From Bacteroidaceae bacterium (GTDB taxonomy: Bacteria > Bacillota > Clostridia > Peptostreptococcales > Anaerovoracaceae), in NCBI GenBank assembly GCA_963658905.1, contig CAVKSD010000001.1:1-45434 (forward strand): a stretch of DNA of 45,434 nucleotides, in the 5' to 3' direction. Below, piece after piece: positions 38,557 to 45,434 of the stretch. The notes below the pieces were generated by a model that saw only the letters and a list, made by a program, of their open reading frames with translations, was not told the origin of the DNA and did not search any database. Positions within the stretch are counted from its first letter, which is position 1. Every line of letters starts with the position of its first letter. The position numbers were made by a program, and so were the translations under genes.

Positions 38557-40305
38557 ATGAAAGTAGTAGTTGGACAAGGCAGCTGCGGCATTGCTACCGG
38601 CGCGAAAAAGACGGTTGCCGCATTGGAAAAATTGATCGCCGAAAAAGGTCTTGGCGTTGAGGTTGGAACGGTAGGATGCGTAGGTACATGCTATCTGGAA
38701 CCTATCGTAGACGTGTATGATGACAACGGCGAAATGACAAGATATGTCAAGGTTCAGCCGGACAAGGTTGAACAGATCGTTGAAAGCCACCTTGTAAATC
38801 ACAAGGTTTGCGAGGATCTTGCAATCACAGAAGAAGACAAGCAGTTTATAGGCAAACAGCAGAGAGTAGTTCTCAGAAACTGCGGAATTATCAATCCGGA
38901 AAACATCGACGAATACCTTGCGGTAGACGGCTACAAGGCTATCGAAAAGGTTCTCAAATCGATGAAGCCGGAAGAAGTTATCGAGGAAATCAAGATTTCC
39001 GGACTCAGAGGCAGAGGCGGCGCAGGCTTCCCTACATGGTTCAAGTGGAATGCCGCAAAGCAGAGCCCGGGAAAAGAAAAATATTTGGTATGTAATGCCG
39101 ACGAAGGAGATCCGGGCGCATTCATGGATCGTTCCGTTCTGGAAGGCGACCCTCATTCGCTCCTTGAAGGCATGATTATCGGCGGATATGCAATGGGCGC
39201 GTCCCAGGGCGTTATCTACTGCCGTGCGGAGTATCCGCTTGCCATCAAGAGACTTGAAATTGCAATGGCTCAGGCAAGAGAAAGAGGATATCTCGGAAAG
39301 AACATCTTCGGAAGCGGCTTTGACTTTGATATTTATATCAAAGCAGGCGCAGGCGCTTTCGTATGCGGCGAAGAAACAGCTCTTATCGCATCACTTGAGG
39401 GCGAAAGAGGTATGCCAAGGCTCAAACCGCCGTTCCCGGCAGCAAAGGGCTTCTGGCAGAAACCGACAGACATCAACAATGTAGAAACACTGGCAAACGT
39501 TCCTTGGATCATCTTTAATGGCGGAGCTGCTTTTGGCAAGTTCGGCACAGAGGCTTCCAAGGGTACAAAGGTATTCGCTCTTGCAGGAAAGATCAAGAAG
39601 GGCGGCCTCGTAGAAGTACCTATGGGCATGACCCTCAGAGAAGTTCTTTTCGGCATCGGCGGCGGCATCAAGAACGACAGACAGTTCAAGGCTGTTCAGA
39701 TGGGCGGTCCGTCCGGCGGATGTATCCCGGCGCACCTCATCGACACACCTGTTACTTATGAAGATATCAACAAAACAGGCGCAATCGTAGGTTCCGGCGG
39801 TATGATCGTAATGGACGAAGATACCTGTATGGTTGACATGGCAAGATACTTCCTCAACTTCACCCGTGACGAATCCTGCGGCAAGTGCAACTACTGCCGT
39901 ATCGGCACAAAGAGAATGCTCGAAATCCTCGAAAGAATCACAAATGGCGAAGGCAGAGACGGAGATATCGAGCTTTTGGAAGAACTGGCAGGAAAGATCA
40001 AAGACGGTTCCCTCTGCGGACTTGGTCAGACGGCTCCGAACCCTGTACTTACTACGATCAAGTACTTTAGAAACGAGTACGAAGACCATATCTATAACCA
40101 CAAGTGTACCGCAAAATCCTGCAAGGCTCTCGTAACCTACTCGATTACAGACGCGTGTAAGGGCTGCACGGCTTGCGCGCGCAAATGTCCTGTTGGCGCT
40201 ATCTCAGGCGAAGTCAAGGGACAGCACGTTATCGACAAAGAAAAATGCATCAAATGCGGCAAGTGCTTAGAAACTTGCAAATTTGGCGCAATCGAGAAGA
40301 AATAG
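38557..40305 (+). CDS. NuoF/HydB-like NAD(H)/FMN-binding subunit (StnB-like)
   Basis: SGLRGRGGAGFP, CNADEGDPGAFMDR, GAGAFVCGEETAL, GGPSGG, ESCGKCNYCRIG, C-terminal 2x[4Fe-4S] motifs CKGCTAC...CP and CIKCGKC...C. Confidence 0.93.
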   Translation: MKVVVGQGSCGIATGAKKTVAALEKLIAEKGLGVEVGTVGCVGTCYLEPIVDVYDDNGEMTRYVKVQPDKVEQIVESHLVNHKVCEDLAITEEDKQFIGKQQRVVLRNCGIINPENIDEYLAVDGYKAIEKVLKSMKPEEVIEEIKISGLRGRGGAGFPTWFKWNAAKQSPGKEKYLVCNADEGDPGAFMDRSVLEGDPHSLLEGMIIGGYAMGASQGVIYCRAEYPLAIKRLEIAMAQARERGYLGKNIFGSGFDFDIYIKAGAGAFVCGEETALIASLEGERGMPRLKPPFPAAKGFWQKPTDINNVETLANVPWIIFNGGAAFGKFGTEASKGTKVFALAGKIKKGGLVEVPMGMTLREVLFGIGGGIKNDRQFKAVQMGGPSGGCIPAHLIDTPVTYEDINKTGAIVGSGGMIVMDEDTCMVDMARYFLNFTRDESCGKCNYCRIGTKRMLEILERITNGEGRDGDIELLEELAGKIKDGSLCGLGQTAPNPVLTTIKYFRNEYEDHIYNHKCTAKSCKALVTYSITDACKGCTACARKCPVGAISGEVKGQHVIDKEKCIKCGKCLETCKFGAIEKK

Positions 40306-40321
40306 AGGGGAGGAAAAGGTA

Positions 40322-43300
40322 ATGAACAAATATAGATTAAACATAAACGGCAAAGAAGTTACAGGTTTTGCCGGACAAACTATTCTTGAAGTTGCCAGAG
40401 AAAATGATATTTTCATTCCAACTCTTTGCTACGACGAAAGAACAAAAATTTACGGTTCCTGCGGACTTTGTATGTGCGAAGTGGACGGAAATCCGAAGCT
40501 GTGCAAGGCTTGCGCGACAGAGATCGCTCCGGGAATGATCGTTAATACAAATACGGACAGAGTCATCGAGTCAAGAAAGACCAACCTTGAACTTCTGCTT
40601 TCCAACCACACAGGCGATTGCAGACCTCCTTGCGTGCTGGCTTGCCCTGCAAAGACCGACTGCCAAGGATATGTAGGACTTATCGCAAACGGCGAATTTG
40701 AGGCTGCTCTTGAACTTGTAAAGGACAAGATTCCGCTGCCTGCGGCTCTGGGCAGAGTATGCCCGCATCCTTGCGAAGAGGCTTGCAGAAGAGGACTTGT
40801 GGACGAGCCTATTTCGATTCAGCAGCTCAAGAGATTCGTTGCGGATAACGACCTTGACGGCGACAGATTCATCCCTGAGTGCGAAGAAGACACAGGAAAG
40901 AGCGTTGCTATCATCGGCGGCGGCCCAATGGGACTTTCCGCGGCATATTTCCTCAGACAGATGGGACACAGAGTAACCATCTTCGAAGCAATGCCAAAGG
41001 CAGGCGGTATGCTCAGATATGGCATTCCGGAATACAGACTCCCGAAGGCTGTTCTCGACGAAGAAATCGCAACTATCGAAATGATGGGCGTTGAAATCAT
41101 CACGAATACAAAGATCGGTGAGGATATTCCGTTTGAGACAATCAAGGCTGACTTCGATGCGGTTCTCCTCGGAATCGGCGCGTGGGTTTCCACAGGCGTC
41201 GGCTGCAAGGGCGAAGACGCAGAGGGCGTTATCGGCGGTATCGATTTCCTCAGAAAAGTTGTAAGAAACGAAGAAATCGGCATGGGCGAAAAGGTTGCTA
41301 TCGTCGGCGGTGGAAACACCGCAATGGACGCTTGCAGAACGGCTGTAAGACTCGGCGCGAAGGAAGTTTATAATATTTACAGAAGAACAAAGGACGAGAT
41401 GCCTGCCGATATGGTAGAAATCGAAGAAGCTGAAGAAGAAGGCGTAATCTTCAAGAACCTGACCAATCCACTGGAGGTTGTAAAGGACGAGAACGGCCAT
41501 GTCAAGGAAGTTATCCTTCAGGTTATGGAACTTGGCGAACCGGATGCTTCCGGCAGAAGAAAACCTGTTCCTGTTGAGGGCAAGACCGAGACTCTTGCTA
41601 TCGACACCATGATCCTTGCCATCGGACAGGCGGTAGACGCTTCCATCTTCGACTGCGACAAGACCAGAAAGAATGCTATCGCTTATGACCCCGAAACATT
41701 CATGACAAGCATTCCGGGCGTATTCGCAGGCGGCGACTGCGGTAACGACAAGATTTCCATCGCGGTAGAAGCAATCGCAGACGCTCGCAAGGTATCCGAC
41801 ATCATCGACGCTTACCTTGACGGCGAAGAAATCAAATACGAAAAACCTTTCTTCGTAGAAAGAGACGATATCACGGAAAAGACTTTCGAAGACAGAGAAA
41901 GACTTTGCAGACCGACGCTTCCGCAGCTTAGTCCGGAAGAAAGAAAGGACAACTTCAGCGAGGTTATCCCTTGCGCATATACAGAAGAGCAGGCTATGGC
42001 TGAGGCTTCAAGATGCCTTGAATGCGGCTGCCACGACTATTTCGAATGTAAGCTCATCGACTTTGCAAACCAGTACGAAGTAAAACCGGAAAGATTTGCA
42101 GGAGACAAGAATACAATCGAATACGAAGATGCTCATCCGTTCATCGTAAGAGATCCGAACAAGTGTATCCTTTGCGGACTTTGCGTAAGAGTCTGCGACG
42201 AGGTTATGGGCGTTGGCGCATTGGGACTTGTTCACAGAGGATTTGACACGGTTGTTAAGCCGAATATGGAAAAACCGCTCATCGAATCCGGATGTATTTC
42301 CTGTGGTCAGTGCGTAAGCGTATGTCCTACCGGCGCGCTCCAGGAAAAGACTTCCATGATCAAAGAAACTCCGCTGGCTGCCGATGTTACGGAAACCACC
42401 TGCTCATATTGCTCCGTTGGCTGCTCCCTGAAGCTCGAATCCTACGGCGATCTCCTCATCAAGGCAAACCCTGATAAGGATGGCGTTGTAAACAAAGGAC
42501 TTCTTTGCGGCAAGGGCAAATGGGGATTTGACTGCTCCGTACTTGAGGGCAAGATCGAAGATCCGCTCGTAAAGGAAGACGGCAGATTCAGAGAATCCGA
42601 TTATCACGAAGCAACGGTTCTCGTAGCAAAGAGAATGCAAAGCATCGGTGCAAAATACGGAAAAGGCGCAATCGCGGTTGCAATTTCCGATAGATATACA
42701 AACGAAGAAGCTTATGCTATGAAGAAGATGGCAGACGTTATGGGAGCAAAGGTTCTTTGCATGAATAACAGAGCAAACGGACTTGCCGAAGTTCTTGGCT
42801 TCGACGCTTCCCCGAACACCATCGACGAGCTTCTTTCCACCAATGTAATCCTGCGAGTTGGCTTTGAAGACAACGATTCCAGAGTTATCGCGCTCAAGAT
42901 GAAACAGGCCGCAGAAGCCGGCGCAAATGTAATCAAAGTTTGCAACGGGGAAAATGACCTCGGATTCCTCAAGGAAATCGCAAAGGCTATCATCGATAGC
43001 GGCAAGGCAAAGAAAGTAGCAGGCTATGACGAATTTGCAGCATCCCTTGCAAATGTTAAGGTTTCAGAGGAAGCTAAGGCTATCGCAGATACTTACCTTG
43101 GGGCGAAGAAGGCTATGATCGTTTACCAGCAGAACTTCCTGACTGTAGACGGCGCAAAACTTGTGGGCGACATCGCAATGCTTTCCGGACACATCGGATC
43201 ACCGAGAAACGGTATCCTCATGGTTAAGCCGAAGAACAATTCTCAGGGTCTTATCGACATGGGAATCACCGCAGGCAAGGAAGCATTGGAAGGCGTGAAG

Positions 43301-43783
43301 GCTCTCGTAGTATTCGGCGAAAATGCAGACATCGACACAACAGGACTCGAATTCCTTGCGGTATGCGATACGCACATGACAGAGCTTGCAGAAAAGGCAA
43401 ATGTAGTAATCCCTGGAACGGGCTTTGCGAGTGCTGACGGTACTTATACCAATACCGAGAGAAGACTCCAGCCTGTAAGTGCAGCAATCGACGAAGATAT
43501 CCTCTTCACCAACTGGGAAGTTGCTGCAGAGATCGCAAGCGTATTCGAAGTTGAGTTCGGATGGGATACAGAAGAAGACATTTCCGCTGAGATGTGCGAC
43601 ACGGTTCCGGCATATAAATATGCAGAGGTCGGCGAGGTTCTTGGCGGCGCATTAGCTCCGACAGACGAAGCAAGACTTGTAGTTGTAGGCGATGGCGCAG
43701 CAGTTGACGCGCTTCCTTGCACAGACAGCCTGATGCAGGATATCATGGACAGACTTCCAAAGGCTGTTAGCCCGACCGCATAA
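40322..43783 (+). CDS. Fusion of NuoG-like Fe-S domains, a GltD-like FAD/NADP(H) oxidoreductase and a degenerate molybdopterin-oxidoreductase domain (StnC-like)
   Basis: PTLC..SCGLC..C, PPCVLACP, GRVCPHPCEEAC, IIGGGPMGL, GGMLRYGIPEYRLP, VGGGNTAMDAC, YRRT, CILCGLCVRVC, CISCGQCVSVCP, TCSYCSVGC...C; ATG 40322 follows GAGG. Confidence 0.88.
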   Translation: MNKYRLNINGKEVTGFAGQTILEVARENDIFIPTLCYDERTKIYGSCGLCMCEVDGNPKLCKACATEIAPGMIVNTNTDRVIESRKTNLELLLSNHTGDCRPPCVLACPAKTDCQGYVGLIANGEFEAALELVKDKIPLPAALGRVCPHPCEEACRRGLVDEPISIQQLKRFVADNDLDGDRFIPECEEDTGKSVAIIGGGPMGLSAAYFLRQMGHRVTIFEAMPKAGGMLRYGIPEYRLPKAVLDEEIATIEMMGVEIITNTKIGEDIPFETIKADFDAVLLGIGAWVSTGVGCKGEDAEGVIGGIDFLRKVVRNEEIGMGEKVAIVGGGNTAMDACRTAVRLGAKEVYNIYRRTKDEMPADMVEIEEAEEEGVIFKNLTNPLEVVKDENGHVKEVILQVMELGEPDASGRRKPVPVEGKTETLAIDTMILAIGQAVDASIFDCDKTRKNAIAYDPETFMTSIPGVFAGGDCGNDKISIAVEAIADARKVSDIIDAYLDGEEIKYEKPFFVERDDITEKTFEDRERLCRPTLPQLSPEERKDNFSEVIPCAYTEEQAMAEASRCLECGCHDYFECKLIDFANQYEVKPERFAGDKNTIEYEDAHPFIVRDPNKCILCGLCVRVCDEVMGVGALGLVHRGFDTVVKPNMEKPLIESGCISCGQCVSVCPTGALQEKTSMIKETPLAADVTETTCSYCSVGCSLKLESYGDLLIKANPDKDGVVNKGLLCGKGKWGFDCSVLEGKIEDPLVKEDGRFRESDYHEATVLVAKRMQSIGAKYGKGAIAVAISDRYTNEEAYAMKKMADVMGAKVLCMNNRANGLAEVLGFDASPNTIDELLSTNVILRVGFEDNDSRVIALKMKQAAEAGANVIKVCNGENDLGFLKEIAKAIIDSGKAKKVAGYDEFAASLANVKVSEEAKAIADTYLGAKKAMIVYQQNFLTVDGAKLVGDIAMLSGHIGSPRNGILMVKPKNNSQGLIDMGITAGKEALEGVKALVVFGENADIDTTGLEFLAVCDTHMTELAEKANVVIPGTGFASADGTYTNTERRLQPVSAAIDEDILFTNWEVAAEIASVFEVEFGWDTEEDISAEMCDTVPAYKYAEVGEVLGGALAPTDEARLVVVGDGAAVDALPCTDSLMQDIMDRLPKAVSPTA

Positions 43784-43847
43784 TTTCCGGAGAAAATGCG
43801 GATTATATGCAGAAACATAAATAGATATACTTAAAATTCTATCATAA

Positions 43848-43896
43848 GGAGCTGCCGATCCGGTCGATTGATTCAATCAACTGCGCAGGCAGCTCC
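43848..43896. other. Strong stem-loop downstream of the stn-like operon
   Basis: GGAGCTGCC / GGCAGCTCC outer stem and GATTG-ATT-CAATC inner stem; no U-tract directly after. Confidence 0.6.
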
Positions 43897-43952
43897 GCCC
43901 ATTTTAGCGGATAAATTTTATAGGATAAACTAAGGACAGGACGGCGATAGGC

Positions 43953-44660
43953 ATGACAAAAGAAAACCTAAAGGAAGTAAGAAAAGAGGCATTTATAAGG
44001 ACAATTCCAATTATGTGCAGCTATTTTTTTATAGGCACGGCTTATGGCATGATGATGGAAAATGCGGGATTTGCGTGGTATTATTCGCTCCTTGCAAGCG
44101 CAGCTGTTTATACCGGAGCATTTCAGTTTCTCTTGATTACGCTGCTTAGCAGCGGGGCATCGGTTATAACCATCACTCTGGCGGCGCTTCTTATGAACTC
44201 GCGGCATACTTTTTATAGCATTTCATTCATAGACGAGTTTCGAAGCATGGGAAAGCGCAAGCTTTTTATGATAAGGACGATGACAGACGAAACCTATGCT
44301 CTTAACTGCTCCGTGCCAAAGGATGCGCCTAGCCGGGCAGAGCTACTCTACAGAATCGCTCTTTATAGCAGATGCTACTGGATCTTTGCAAGTGCCGCGG
44401 GAGGAATCATCGGGCAGCTCATCCCATATGATCTTACGGGAATCGACTTTTGCATGACGGCGCTGTTTGTAATCCTGTTCATGAACCAGTGGGAGGAGCA
44501 GGCGGATCACAGACCGGCGCTGCTGGGGCTTGCGGTTGCACTTTTCTGCCTCTTCATCTTTGACGCAGGCTCGTTCATGCTTCCTGCGCTTCTCATAACC
44601 TCGGCGATGCTTATTTTGATGATTAAGCGGGACGAAAGAAAGGGGGAGGAAAGCAAATGA
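43953..44660 (+). CDS. azlC: AzlC-family branched-chain amino acid exporter subunit
   Basis: YTGAFQF, LLMNSRHTFY, MTDETYA, GIDFCMTALFV. Confidence 0.88.
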   Translation: MTKENLKEVRKEAFIRTIPIMCSYFFIGTAYGMMMENAGFAWYYSLLASAAVYTGAFQFLLITLLSSGASVITITLAALLMNSRHTFYSISFIDEFRSMGKRKLFMIRTMTDETYALNCSVPKDAPSRAELLYRIALYSRCYWIFASAAGGIIGQLIPYDLTGIDFCMTALFVILFMNQWEEQADHRPALLGLAVALFCLFIFDAGSFMLPALLITSAMLILMIKRDERKGEESK

Positions 44661-44980
44661 ACCTGAATTATTATGCGATTTTCATCATTTTGCTGATGGG
44701 GCTTGTGACATTTGGGCTGAGAGCCTTTCCGTTTCTCGTATTTCGGGGCGAAAGGGAGCTTCCAAGGCTTATGAAAGATCTGGGAGATATTCTTCCGGCA
44801 TCCGTCATGGCGGTGCTGATTGTCTATTGCCTAAAGGATGCTCCGTCGGATCTTATGGGAGTCGGAATCCGGCAGCTAATCGGAATTGCCGTAACAGCGG
44901 TGAGCTATAAGCTGAAGCACAATACCTTCCTGAGCCTTGCGCTGGGGACGATTTGCTACATGATATTGCTCCGAATTTGA
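44657..44980 (+). CDS. azlD: AzlD-family subunit
   Basis: VTFGLRAFPF, LPASVMAVLIVYCLK, NTFLSLALGTICYM; ATGA overlap with azlC. Confidence 0.88.
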   Translation: MNLNYYAIFIILLMGLVTFGLRAFPFLVFRGERELPRLMKDLGDILPASVMAVLIVYCLKDAPSDLMGVGIRQLIGIAVTAVSYKLKHNTFLSLALGTICYMILLRI

Positions 44981-44984
44981 TGGT

Positions 44985-45025
44985 AGAAAACCGGAGAAAA
45001 TCCGCAGAAAATCCGGAGAAATCGG
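44985..45025. repeat. Four degenerate ~11-bp tandem repeats
   Basis: AGAAAACCGG AGAAAATCCGC AGAAAATCCGG AGAAATCGG. Confidence 0.75.
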
Positions 45026-45034
45026 TCCAATAAA

Positions 45035-45049
45035 AATTTTTCGAAAATT
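45035..45049. promoter_or_regulatory. CodY-box-like site
   Basis: AATTTTTCGAAAATT matches the AATTTTCWGAAAATT consensus at 13 of 15 positions. Confidence 0.4.
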
Positions 45050-45167
45050 TGTGTAATGGCACAAAAACCGTGTAACCTTTCGATCTCCTATGCAGAGTAT
45101 ATTATGAGAGGGTCAGATAATAAACCCTTAACAAAATATATAAATTATGCACAAGGAGGAATATGAA

Positions 45168-45239
45168 ATGAAAAACTTACTGCCATTACTTATGATCACC
45201 TGTATTATGCTTATATTCTCCGCTTGTGGGACTTTATGA
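45168..45239 (+). CDS. 23-aa small hydrophobic ORF with lipobox (MKNLLPLLMITCIMLIFSACGTL)
   Basis: AGGAGG 8 nt upstream, tandem TGA TAA stops, downstream terminator; below the size cutoff of the ORF track. Confidence 0.6.
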   Translation: MKNLLPLLMITCIMLIFSACGTL

Positions 45240-45282
45240 TAATATAAAGTAACAGAAGGGGAAATTGGTATAATGGGCAAGG

Positions 45283-45308
45283 AAAGACCGGCGCAAGCCG
45301 GTTTTTTT
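45283..45308 (+). terminator. Rho-independent terminator
   Basis: AAAGACCGGC-GCAA-GCCGG followed by TTTTTTT. Confidence 0.85.
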
Positions 45309-45434
45309 GTGGCCACGATTTTGCTCAATTTTAGCATTTTAGCAGCTCGAGATAGCTGCCGGCAGAACTAAGGAAAGGACTAAGGATGGTTCTGCTTAAA
45401 CTATAGTATGTCTTTACGGAGAAGCAAAAAAGTG

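Noticed and set aside
38173..41500. Long minus-strand ORFs of 327, 236 and 309 aa
   Set aside because: Antisense shadows of strongly codon-biased genes
38026..43783. Respiratory complex I, [FeFe]-hydrogenase, glutamate synthase or seleno-formate dehydrogenase
   Set aside because: No membrane Nuo subunits, no H-cluster motifs, no gltB, no in-frame TGA and no FDH active-site motif
45266..45274. Extended -10 box TGGTATAAT downstream of the small ORF
   Set aside because: No -35 box, and it points straight into a terminator about 10 nt away; probably chance
45128..45337. 69-aa minus-strand ORF
   Set aside because: Runs through the terminator hairpin and has no convincing RBS; the + strand small ORF has much better signals

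Overview
A 45.4-kb stretch of core chromosome from an anaerobic Firmicute (Clostridia; an Anaerovoracaceae/Peptostreptococcales-like gut organism is my inference from gene content and order). It is gene-dense and almost all on the + strand. Order: rlmN (partial), TatD-associated radical SAM protein, prfC (- strand), MATE exporter, large acyl-CoA dehydratase activase-like fusion, yebC, 6S RNA, formate/nitrite channel, polA, coaE, orphan family-5 solute-binding protein, tRNA-Leu(CAA), yajC, secDF, rel, dtd, MBL hydrolase, hemZ, hisS, aspS, nadD, yqeK, rsfS, leuS, rnj, ylbF-family gene, efp, mltG, O-methyltransferase, U32 protein, CBS/CorC protein, a three-gene flavin/Fe-S complex with the architecture of the Sporomusa-type electron-bifurcating transhydrogenase StnABC, and azlCD. 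I see no transposase, integrase, prophage, CRISPR array or defence island. The points most worth a second look are: (i) the Stn-like complex, whose large subunit has a GltD-like module inserted into a NuoG-like chain and a vestigial molybdopterin domain; (ii) a 23-codon hydrophobic, lipobox-bearing small ORF with its own RBS and terminator and an upstream CodY-like box; (iii) an unexplained ~108-nt irregular hairpin between efp and mltG; (iv) a PucR/CdaR HTH remnant; (v) recurrent short tandem duplications at gene junctions. I cannot establish a clearly new system from sequence alone.
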